Below are positions 1 through 8,122 of a stretch of DNA of 64,000 nucleotides, in pieces. Every line of letters begins with the position of its first letter. Within the stretch, counting starts at the first letter, position 1. Below the pieces are notes generated by a model that ran no database searches, had not been told where the DNA came from, and saw only the letters and a program-made list of their open reading frames with translations. Source of the stretch: an uncultured bacterium (GTDB lineage Bacteria > Eisenbacteria > RBG-16-71-46); NCBI GenBank assembly GCA_964589945.1, contig CAZPVG010000008.1:6639-70638 (forward strand), given 5' to 3'. A program made the translations under genes and the position numbers.

Positions 1-41
1 TTCTGTTCGTGGGATTTGCCCCACCGGTACGCGGAGTGACC

Positions 42-1052
42 ATGCTCGGACGCAGGAAACTTCTCACCGCTTTGATGGAGCTCACCGGCCGCTCGGCGCC
101 GCGTTCGCGACCCGAGCTCGTCGCGGCGTTGCTCCAGCACGCCATGCAGCAGACGGAGGCGGATGGCGCCGTCCTCTCGCTGGCCACCGGCCGCCACCTC
201 GACCGCTACTCGGTGCGCCGGGGGGAGCCCGGCCCGGGTGAGGCGGAGTCGACCGGGCCGCCGACGACCTTCGACCGCTCGTTCATGACCGGGGGAGGGC
301 TTCGCGTCTTCGCGGACCTTTCCGACGCGCGGCCCCCGGCCGTCCAGGCGTCCTGCCCCGGGCTCGAGTCCGGCCCCGCGCTCTTCGTGCCCGTGCGGCT
401 GCGCGAGCACCAGATGGGCTACCTCGCCGTGTACCGGCGCCGGCAGTCGCCCCGCTTCCAGTTTCGCGACGCGCGCGCGCTGCTCATGCTCGCGGCGTGG
501 GGCGCGGCGATGCTCGAGAACCAGCGCACGGCCGAGAGCCTCGAGAAGATGGCGGTTACGGACGACCTGACGCAGGTCTACAACTATCGCTACCTCAAGA
601 CGGGGCTGCGGCGCGAGATCAAGCGCGCGCTCCGCTTCCGCCAGAACCTCTCGCTGCTCATGGTGGACGTGGACAACCTCAAGACCTACAACGACCGCAA
701 CGGGCACCTGCGCGGCAGCTTCCTCCTGAAGGAGATCGCGCAGCTGTTCACCCGCCAGGTGCGGTCGTGGGACCTCGTCGCGAAGTACGGCGGCGACGAG
801 TTCACCGTGATCCTGCCGCAGACCGAGCGCCCCGGCGCCGCGGCCGTGGCCGAGCGCCTGCGCGCCTGCATCGCCAACCACGCGTTCCCGCTCGCCCCGG
901 AGGGCAGCATCACCGTGAGCATCGGCATCTCCTGCTACCCGGGGGACGGCGACACCGTCTCCTCCCTGATCGAAGCCGCCGACCGGGCGCTCTACACGGC
1001 GAAACGGAAGGGGCGCAACCGGGTGGAGGGCGTCGAACCGCTCGCCGCCTAG
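42..1052 (+). CDS. GAF-domain diguanylate cyclase (GGDEF)
   Basis: ORF 9..1052. The C-terminal half has DDLTQVYNYRY, then the GGDEF active site KYGGDEFTVILPQ, with RSWD (an RxxD I-site) exactly 5 aa upstream. The N-terminal ~170 aa look GAF-like. The ATG at 42 has GGAG 5 nt upstream and GTG at 9 is the alternative. The frame is open to the window edge. Confidence 0.9.
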   Translation: MLGRRKLLTALMELTGRSAPRSRPELVAALLQHAMQQTEADGAVLSLATGRHLDRYSVRRGEPGPGEAESTGPPTTFDRSFMTGGGLRVFADLSDARPPAVQASCPGLESGPALFVPVRLREHQMGYLAVYRRRQSPRFQFRDARALLMLAAWGAAMLENQRTAESLEKMAVTDDLTQVYNYRYLKTGLRREIKRALRFRQNLSLLMVDVDNLKTYNDRNGHLRGSFLLKEIAQLFTRQVRSWDLVAKYGGDEFTVILPQTERPGAAAVAERLRACIANHAFPLAPEGSITVSIGISCYPGDGDTVSSLIEAADRALYTAKRKGRNRVEGVEPLAA

Positions 1053-1128
1053 GGGCGCGGCGCGTTGACCCTCGGCTCGGGCGCGGGTTAGCTTCGCGCG
1101 TTCACGTGCGTCGTCCCGCTGGTCCCCG

Positions 1129-2190
1129 ATGGAAACAGAAGTGGAGGATGCGGTGTCGGATCGAATCGGAATCGCGGTCGTCGGTACGGGGGATTGGGGA
1201 GCCAACCTCGTCCGCAACTTCTCGAACCTGCCGGGTGCGCGCCTCGTCGCCGTGTGCGACGCGGACCCGAAGCGCCTCGAGAAGACCGCCGCCCAGTATC
1301 CCGGAACGAAGGCCTGCACCGACGTCGCGCAGGTCGCGACCGACCCCGACATCCAGGGGGTCGTCGTGGCCGCGTCGGCCGTGAGCCATTACCCGCTGGC
1401 GAAGTCGCTGCTCGAGGCGGGCAAGGACGTCTACGTCGAGAAGCCCCTGACCCTCGAGGTCGCCCACGCCGAGGAACTCTGCCGGCTGGCGAGGCAGAAG
1501 GACCGCATCCTCATGGTCGGCCACCTGCTGCTCTACCATCCGGGTGTCCAGTACCTGAAGCGGGTCGTGAAGGACGGCACCATCGGCGACCTGCTCTACA
1601 TCTACTCGCAGCGCGTCAACCTCGGGAAGGTCCGCAAGGACGAAAACGCGCTCTGGAGTTTCGCGCCGCACGACCTGTCGGTCGTGCTCCACCTGCTCGA
1701 GGCCGAGCCGCTCGACGTCGTCGCGCGCGGGTCCGACTTCCTGCAGAACGGCGTCGAGGACGTGGTGTTCGTGGACATGCGCTTCCCCGAAGGGAAGATG
1801 GCCCACGTGCACGTCTCGTGGCTCGACCCGCACAAGCTGCGCAAGTTCACCGTCGTCGGCTCGCAGAAGATGGTCGTCTTCGACGACATGGAGGCGAGCG
1901 AGAAGATCCGCGTCTACGACAAGGGCGTTGACCGGGCCGGCCAGGTCGTCTCGTACGGCGACGCGCTCACGGTCCGCAGCGGCGACATCCTGATTCCGAA
2001 GATCTCGCTGCAGGAGCCCCTGCGGCTCGAGTGCCTGCACTTCGTCGAGTGCGTGCGCGAGCGCAAGGCCCCGCTCACCGACGGCCTTGGCGGCCTGCGC
2101 GTCGTCAAGGTGCTCGACGCCGCCCAGAAGAGCCTCAAGTCCGGCGGCGCGCCCGTCGCGATCGAGCCGTTGCCGCAGGAGGTCGCATGA
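1129..2190 (+). CDS. Gfo/Idh/MocA-family NAD-dependent sugar-nucleotide oxidoreductase (WbpB/WlbA-like)
   Basis: N-terminal Rossmann motif IGIAVVGTGDWGANLVRNF, plus EKPL and the overall Gfo/Idh/MocA pattern. It is first in an oxidoreductase-acetyltransferase-aminotransferase trio. An alternative GTG start at 1153 is preceded by GGAGG. Confidence 0.85.
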   Translation: METEVEDAVSDRIGIAVVGTGDWGANLVRNFSNLPGARLVAVCDADPKRLEKTAAQYPGTKACTDVAQVATDPDIQGVVVAASAVSHYPLAKSLLEAGKDVYVEKPLTLEVAHAEELCRLARQKDRILMVGHLLLYHPGVQYLKRVVKDGTIGDLLYIYSQRVNLGKVRKDENALWSFAPHDLSVVLHLLEAEPLDVVARGSDFLQNGVEDVVFVDMRFPEGKMAHVHVSWLDPHKLRKFTVVGSQKMVVFDDMEASEKIRVYDKGVDRAGQVVSYGDALTVRSGDILIPKISLQEPLRLECLHFVECVRERKAPLTDGLGGLRVVKVLDAAQKSLKSGGAPVAIEPLPQEVA

Positions 2191-2945
2191 GCGCCGCCGT
2201 CCACCCGAGCGCCCGGATCGGCGAGGGCACGACCCTCGGCGAGTTCTGCGTGATCGAGGCGAACGTCACGATCGGGAAGGGCTGCCGCATCGGCCATCAC
2301 GTCGTGATCCGCGAGGGCACGGTCGTCGGGGATACCGTCCGCATCGACGACCACGCCTCGCTGGGCAAGCACCCGATGAAGGCGGCCAACTCCGCGACGA
2401 CGAAGGAACAGGAGCTGCCGCCGCTCTCGATCGGCGAGCTGTGCATCGTCGGCACGGGCGTCGTGATCTACCGGGGCGCGGCCGTCGACCCGAAGGTGCT
2501 CATGGCCGACCTCGCCACGATCCGCGAGAACGTCACCATCGGCCGCGGCACGATCGTCGGCCGCGGCGTGACGGTCGAGAACTTCTGCAGCGTCGGGCGC
2601 TACTGCAAGCTCGAGAGCGAGTGCTACATCACGGCGTACTCGACGCTCGAGGACCGCGTGTTCATCGCGCCCGGCGTCGTGACGTCGAACGACAACTTCG
2701 TGGGCCGCACGCAGGAACGCTTCAAGCACTTCAAGGGCGTGACCGTGAAGAAGGGCGGCCGCATCGGCGCCGGCAGCGTGACGCTGCCCGGCGTGACGAT
2801 CGGCGAGGACGCCCTGGTCGCGGCCGGCTCGACCGTGACGAAGGACGTCGAGCCCCGAAAGATCGTCATGGGCACGCCGGCGCGCCCGCTGCGCCCCGTG
2901 CCCGTCGAACAGCTGCTGGAGAACCAGGGCTGGGTGGACGCGTAA
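2187..2945 (+). CDS. Hexapeptide-repeat (left-handed beta-helix) N-acetyltransferase (WbpD/WlbB-like)
   Basis: Part of track ORF 2031..2945. The ATG at 2187 overlaps the upstream TGA (ATGA). There are repeated [LIV]-G-x4 hexapeptides, such as IGEGTTLGEFCVIEANVTIGKGCRIGHHVVI and GGRIGAGSVTLPGVTIGEDALVAAGSTV. Confidence 0.85.
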   Translation: MSAAVHPSARIGEGTTLGEFCVIEANVTIGKGCRIGHHVVIREGTVVGDTVRIDDHASLGKHPMKAANSATTKEQELPPLSIGELCIVGTGVVIYRGAAVDPKVLMADLATIRENVTIGRGTIVGRGVTVENFCSVGRYCKLESECYITAYSTLEDRVFIAPGVVTSNDNFVGRTQERFKHFKGVTVKKGGRIGAGSVTLPGVTIGEDALVAAGSTVTKDVEPRKIVMGTPARPLRPVPVEQLLENQGWVDA

Positions 2946-2988
2946 CCGCGCGGACGGCCCCGACCCGGACCGAGGGAGACCGAGACTC

Positions 2989-4110
2989 ATGCCGACGAAT
3001 ACCATCGCGAAGGTGCCGCTCCTCGACCTTCGCGCCCAGTACGACACCATCCGCACCGAGATCGACGCCGCCGTGAAGGGCGTCTTCGAGAGCTGCCGCT
3101 TCATCGGCGGCCCCGAGGTCGCGTCGCTCGAGCAGGAGGTCGCCCGCTACTCGCAGACCGCGCACGCCGTGGCCTGCGCCTCCGGCACGGACGCCATCCT
3201 GCTCTCGCTGTGGGCGCTCGGCATCGGCCCCGGCGACGAGGTGATCTGTCCCACGTACACCTTCTTCGCCACCGCCGGGACCATCGCGAACAACGGCGCC
3301 ACGCCGGTGTTCGTGGACGTGGACCCGAAGACCTACAACCTCGACCTCCACCTGCTCGAGAAGGCCATCACGCCTCGCACGAAGGCGGTGGTCGCGGTGT
3401 CGCTGTTCGGGCAGTGCGCCGACATCCCCGCGATCAAGGCCATCTGCGACAAGCACCAGCTCTGGCTGATCGAGGACGCCGCGCAGTCCATCGGCTCGGA
3501 GTGGGAGGGCAAGCGCTCGGGGTCGATGTGCGACTTCGGCACGTTCTCGTTCTTCCCCTCGAAGAACCTCGGCGGCGCAGGTGACGGCGGCATGATCGTG
3601 ACGAACAACGCCGAGCTGGCCGAGAAGGCCCGCCTGCTCTGCAACCACGGCGCGAAGCCGAAGTACCACCATTCGGTGGTCGGCACGAACTCGCGTCTCG
3701 ACGCGCTCCAGGCCGCGCTCCTCCGGGTGAAGCTGCGCCACCTCGACCGCTGGAGCGAGGGCCGGGCGAAGAACGCCGCGCTCTACAACAAGCTGTTCGA
3801 GGGCTCGAAGGTGGGCACGCCCCACCACGACCCCCGCACGCGCCACATCTACAACCAGTACGTCATCCGCGTCCCTCGGCGCGAGGAGCTCAAGAAGCAC
3901 CTCGCCGAACGGAACATCGGGTGCGAGGTCTACTACCCGGTGCCCCTGCACCTGCAGAAGTGCTTCGCGCACCTCGGCGGGAAGCCGGGCGACATGCCGG
4001 TATCGGAAGCGGCGGCGAACGAGACGCTGGCGCTCCCCATCTACCCCGAACTGACGGAGGACATGATCCGCCACGTGGCGCAGACCGTCCGCGACTTCGT
4101 GGAAGGCTGA
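2989..4110 (+). CDS. DegT/DnrJ/EryC1/StrS-family PLP-dependent aminotransferase (WbpE/WlbC-like)
   Basis: Family-typical N-terminus (LLDLRAQYDTIRTEIDAAV, FIGGPEV) and the PLP-lysine context FSFFPSKNLGGAGDGG. It is third in the WlbABC-order trio. Confidence 0.9.
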   Translation: MPTNTIAKVPLLDLRAQYDTIRTEIDAAVKGVFESCRFIGGPEVASLEQEVARYSQTAHAVACASGTDAILLSLWALGIGPGDEVICPTYTFFATAGTIANNGATPVFVDVDPKTYNLDLHLLEKAITPRTKAVVAVSLFGQCADIPAIKAICDKHQLWLIEDAAQSIGSEWEGKRSGSMCDFGTFSFFPSKNLGGAGDGGMIVTNNAELAEKARLLCNHGAKPKYHHSVVGTNSRLDALQAALLRVKLRHLDRWSEGRAKNAALYNKLFEGSKVGTPHHDPRTRHIYNQYVIRVPRREELKKHLAERNIGCEVYYPVPLHLQKCFAHLGGKPGDMPVSEAAANETLALPIYPELTEDMIRHVAQTVRDFVEG

Positions 4111-4240
4111 GCCGCCGCGGGCGTCCCGCGCCCGCAACGAGACACCGAAGCGTGCCGCCGACCCGCCCTCCAGGCGGCGCGCTTCCGACGGTCCGTCGAA
4201 CCCCGCCGCGCCACCCCTGCCGCGGCGCTGACGCAGGTCC

Positions 4241-6163
4241 ATGACCGAAGCGAACAGCCAGGCTCTGCGCGAGCTCCTGCGACGCGTGGACGAGGTCCGC
4301 GGGCTGTCCGACCGTTCCGCCGCCACGGCGGTCAGCGGGGTGGACGAGACCGAGACGATGCTGCGCACGCTCTCCGAGCTGGTCGAGGAGCTCGAGCGCA
4401 GCCATCGCCGCCTGATCGAGACCAACGTCCAGCTTGTTTCGCTGCGCGAGGTCGCGGGCAGCCTCACGAACACGGTCGATACCGCGGAGACGACCCGGAC
4501 GGTGACGCGCTACCTCCAGCGTGCGTTCGGGTTCGACCAGGTGTGCCTGATGCTCGTGGACCGCGAGCGCGGCGTGCTGACGGGCGCGTGGACCGGCGGG
4601 GAGGAGGACGCCGCCCCGAGCGAGCTGCTCGAGGTGCCGCTCGTCGGCGAGCGCGGGGCCCTCACGCGAACGGTCTGGATGAACCGCACGCTGCTCCACC
4701 AGGACTGCCGCCGCCACCCGCCGGCCTGCCTGGCGGAAACGCATCCGCTCCACGAGCGCTTCCAGCGCGTCGGCTCGATGGCCAGTGTGCCGCTCCAGCG
4801 CAGCCCCTCCGGGCCCGCCGCGGACACGTGCGAGAACTGCCTCCTCGGCGACTCGCGAATGCTGGTCCCGCCCCCGGGCCCCGGCGCCGCGACCTGGTAC
4901 GCGGACCTCGAGGCCGCCCAGAAGCGCTGCCTCGGGTGCGGGAGGCTGTCGTGCCTCGGCGTGATCGCCACCGCGCGGGCCGCCGGCGCGCCGCCCCTGA
5001 CCGCGGCCGACGTCACGCTGGTCGAGTCCATCGCGCTCTCGGTCGCGCCGATGGTCGAGAACGCGCGACTCTTCCAGGACCTCCGCCGCAGCGAACGGTT
5101 CCTGCAGGACGTGCAGGACAGCATCGTCAGCTCGCTCGTGGCCGTGAACCTCGACGGCGCCGTCCTCGGCCTGAACCGCGCGGCCCAGGAGCTGCTCGGC
5201 TGGCCCGAGGCCGAGGCTCTCCAGCGGGCCGCCTCGGACGTCCTCGGCGACCACGTCGCCGAGCTGCTGGTGAGCGGCACGCTGGAGCACGGCCGCGAAG
5301 TGAGCCGGCACGAGGCGCTCGCGCGCTCGCGCGACGGGTCGGCGATCCCGGTCCAGCTGACGACCTCCCGCCTGCGGGATGACGCGAACGAGGTCTACGG
5401 CGCGATCGCGACGTTCATGGACCTCACCCCGATCAAGCGGGCCGAGGAGAACGCCCGCCAGCTCGACCGGCTCGCCGCGCTCGGACGCTTCACCTCGAGC
5501 GTCGCCCACGAGATCCGCAACCCCCTCACCGGGATCGGCATGGGCGTCCAGCACCTCGCCCGCGCGGTCACCGACAACCCGGGGCAGCGCCGCAACGTCG
5601 AGTTCATTCAGAGCGAGATCAAGCGCCTGGATCGCATCGTCCAGGACCTCTTCGACGTCACGCACCCCCGGCGGCTCGAGCAGCGGGCGCAGCCGCTCCT
5701 CGTCACGGCGCAGCGAGCGCACCAGTCGCTGGCGCCGCTGCTCGCCGAGCGCGGCATCGAGGTGACCTTCGAGGGGGAGCCGGGCACGCCGGACGTGGCG
5801 CACGACGCCGACCAGCTGCAGCAGGTGTTCATCAACCTCATCAAGAACGCGGCCGAGGCCTCGCCGTCCGGGAGCCGCGTCGCCGTGCGGGTGGCGCGGG
5901 AGGGTGACGACCGGCCGCCGCGCGGGCCCGGCGCGGTCGTCGCGACCGTGGCCGACCAGGGCCCGGGCATCGACGAGGAGACGTGCCGTACGCTCTTCGA
6001 ACCGTTCTTCACGACGAAGCCCGGGGGCACCGGGCTGGGGCTGTACATCTCACACGACATCGTCAAACGACACGGCGGAAACCTGACCGTCCACAGCGAA
6101 CCGGGCCACGGCGCCACGTTCCGCGTGGAGCTGCCGCTGGATTCCCAGGGAGGTCGATCATGA
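4241..6163 (+). CDS. Sensor histidine kinase (coiled-coil, GAF, PAS, HisKA-HATPase)
   Basis: H-box FTSSVAHEIRNPLTGI, N-box FINLIKNAAEA and G-boxes DQGPGI and GTGLGL. A PAS-like segment (VAVNLDGAVLGLNRAAQELLGW) precedes the H-box. The upstream GAF-like region carries a Cys-rich insert. Confidence 0.9.
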   Translation: MTEANSQALRELLRRVDEVRGLSDRSAATAVSGVDETETMLRTLSELVEELERSHRRLIETNVQLVSLREVAGSLTNTVDTAETTRTVTRYLQRAFGFDQVCLMLVDRERGVLTGAWTGGEEDAAPSELLEVPLVGERGALTRTVWMNRTLLHQDCRRHPPACLAETHPLHERFQRVGSMASVPLQRSPSGPAADTCENCLLGDSRMLVPPPGPGAATWYADLEAAQKRCLGCGRLSCLGVIATARAAGAPPLTAADVTLVESIALSVAPMVENARLFQDLRRSERFLQDVQDSIVSSLVAVNLDGAVLGLNRAAQELLGWPEAEALQRAASDVLGDHVAELLVSGTLEHGREVSRHEALARSRDGSAIPVQLTTSRLRDDANEVYGAIATFMDLTPIKRAEENARQLDRLAALGRFTSSVAHEIRNPLTGIGMGVQHLARAVTDNPGQRRNVEFIQSEIKRLDRIVQDLFDVTHPRRLEQRAQPLLVTAQRAHQSLAPLLAERGIEVTFEGEPGTPDVAHDADQLQQVFINLIKNAAEASPSGSRVAVRVAREGDDRPPRGPGAVVATVADQGPGIDEETCRTLFEPFFTTKPGGTGLGLYISHDIVKRHGGNLTVHSEPGHGATFRVELPLDSQGGRS

Positions 6164-7599
6164 GCAAGGCGAACGTTCTGGTCGTGGACGATCAGGACTC
6201 CATCCGACACTTCGTGTCCCAGGCCCTCGAGGACGACGGTTTCACCGTGGTCACGGCGGGATCGGTCCGCGAGGCGCGCGAGGCGATCGAGCGGGACATG
6301 CCGGACCTCGCCATCCTCGACCTCAAGCTGCCCGACGGCACGGGGCTCGAGCTGCTGCGCGAGATCAAGCGCGTCCAGATCGAGGTCCCGGTGGTGCTCA
6401 TGACCGCCTTCGGCGAGCTCGAAACGGCCGTCGAGGCGATGAGTGCGGGGGCCTTCTGGTTCGTGAAGAAGCCCTTCCAGAACGAGGAGTTGCTGGCTCT
6501 GGCCGCCCGGGCCATGGAATCGCAGAAGATCTGGCTGGAGCTCCGCCGTCTCCGGCACCAGGCGTTCGCCGACGAGGACTACCTGCACTCCTCGAGCCCG
6601 TCGATGCAGGAGGCCTACGCGATCGCCGAGCAGGTGGCGCGCGGCGACACGACCAGCGTGCTGATCGAAGGCGAGAGCGGCACGGGCAAGGAGTACTTCG
6701 CCAATCTCATCCACCGGATGAGCGCACGCCACTCGCAGCCGTTCGTCGAGATCAACTGTGCGGCCATCCCGAGCGAGCTGCTCGAGTCCGAGCTGTTCGG
6801 GCACGAGAGGGGGGCGTTCACGGACGCGCGCGCCCAGAAGCTGGGCCTCATGGAGCTGGCGAACGGCGGCACGCTGTTCCTCGATGAGATCGGGGAGATG
6901 TCGCCCATGCTGCAGGTGAAGCTCCTCCGCGTGCTCGAACGCCGCACCTTCAAGCGGGTCGGCGGAACGAAGGACATCGCCGTCAACCTGCGCATCATCT
7001 CGGCCACGAACCAGGACCTCGAGAAGATGGTCCGCGAGGGAACGTTCCGGGAGGACCTGTACTACCGGCTCAAGGTCGTGCCGCTCTTCGTGCCGCCGCT
7101 GCGCGATCGCCGGGAGGACATCGTCCCGCTGGCGCGGCTGTTCATGGAGCGCTTCGCGAAGCAGTTCAAGAAGCCCTTCCGCGACATCTCACCGGCGGCC
7201 CAGCGCGTGCTGATCGACTACGCCTGGCCCGGGAACATCCGGGAGCTGCGCAACCTGTTCGAGCGGACCATCCTGCTCGAGTCGGCCGAGTTGCTCGACG
7301 CGCCGCACCTGAAGCTGGCGGGCCGGGTCCGCCCGACGAGCGAGGCGTCGCTCGGCCAGCGGATCGACGAGGTGGTCACGGGCGTGATGCCGCCGTCGGG
7401 GATCCCGTTCGAGGCGCTCGTCGAGGAACTCGAGCGGGCCTTGATCCTGCGTGCCTCGTATGCTACCAAGTGGAACCAGAGTCGGACGGCGGAGATGCTG
7501 AACCTGAAGCGCGACAAGCTCCGCTACCGCATGAAGCTCTTCGGCATCCACGCCAAGGGCGACGACGACGAGGCCTCGAATCAATCTTCCGCAGCCTGA
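6160..7599 (+). CDS. Sigma54-dependent response regulator (NtrC family bEBP)
   Basis: The ATG at 6160 overlaps the kinase TGA (ATGA). It has a receiver domain (VLVVDDQDSIRH...DLAILDLKLPDG) and an AAA+ domain with Walker A GESGTGKE. The sigma54-contact loop is ELFGHERGAFTDA (a GAFTGA variant). The C-terminal Fis-type HTH is RTAEMLNLKRDKLRYRMKLFGI. Confidence 0.93.
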   Translation: MSKANVLVVDDQDSIRHFVSQALEDDGFTVVTAGSVREAREAIERDMPDLAILDLKLPDGTGLELLREIKRVQIEVPVVLMTAFGELETAVEAMSAGAFWFVKKPFQNEELLALAARAMESQKIWLELRRLRHQAFADEDYLHSSSPSMQEAYAIAEQVARGDTTSVLIEGESGTGKEYFANLIHRMSARHSQPFVEINCAAIPSELLESELFGHERGAFTDARAQKLGLMELANGGTLFLDEIGEMSPMLQVKLLRVLERRTFKRVGGTKDIAVNLRIISATNQDLEKMVREGTFREDLYYRLKVVPLFVPPLRDRREDIVPLARLFMERFAKQFKKPFRDISPAAQRVLIDYAWPGNIRELRNLFERTILLESAELLDAPHLKLAGRVRPTSEASLGQRIDEVVTGVMPPSGIPFEALVEELERALILRASYATKWNQSRTAEMLNLKRDKLRYRMKLFGIHAKGDDDEASNQSSAA

Positions 7600-7627
7600 G
7601 ACGAAGCCCCGCGCACACCGCGCGGCC

Positions 7628-8122
7628 CTGCCGGCCGCGCTGGCGACCGCGGGGCTTCTGCTTGCCTCCTGCGCCTACACGACGAGCCCGGCGCTGCTCC
7701 CCTCGCACCTGAAGTCGGTCGCGATCCCCACGTTCGAGAACTCGACCACCGAGTACACGCTCGACCAGGAGATCACGCAGGCCGTCGTCGAGCGGTTCGT
7801 GAAGGACAACCACCTGCGCGTCGTGGACGAGAAGTCGGCGAACTGCGTCGTGCGCGGGAAGATCACCCAGTACAAGAACTCGGTGTTCGGATTCTCGAAC
7901 GCCGCGCAGGCGCAGGAGTACCGCGTCACGATCGGCGTGCAGGTCGTCTTCAAGGACCTCGTGAAGAACCGCGAGCTCTGGAACGACGAGATCATCCGCA
8001 CGGCGAACTACTACGTGCAGGACGTACCCGGCCAGACGGCGAAGACGGAAGCGGATGGACGCAAAGAAGCCATCGACAAGATCGCGGACGAAATCCTCAC
8101 CCGCTCGGTCGAAGGCTGGTGA
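7628..8122 (+). CDS. lptE: LptE-like LPS-assembly lipoprotein (5' end uncertain, no canonical start codon)
   Basis: The track lists only 7799..8122, starting at the first GTG. The same frame upstream reads KPRAHRAALPAALATAGLLLASCAYTTS... (signal peptide plus lipobox LLASC), followed by SVAIPTFENSTTEYTLDQEITQAVVERF, which is typical of LptE. There is no ATG, GTG or TTG in frame between the ntrC-like stop (7597-7599) and the lipobox, so 7628 is the first in-frame CTG. The gene sits next to holA and leuS, as in E. coli. Confidence 0.6.
   Translation: MPAALATAGLLLASCAYTTSPALLPSHLKSVAIPTFENSTTEYTLDQEITQAVVERFVKDNHLRVVDEKSANCVVRGKITQYKNSVFGFSNAAQAQEYRVTIGVQVVFKDLVKNRELWNDEIIRTANYYVQDVPGQTAKTEADGRKEAIDKIADEILTRSVEGW

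Noticed and set aside
2866-5803. Long minus-strand ORFs (2866..4473 and 3890..5803) opposite the aminotransferase and histidine kinase
   Set aside because: They have shadow-frame composition (Arg/Gly/Ala/Pro runs), and the plus strand carries clear DegT and HisKA/HATPase motifs.
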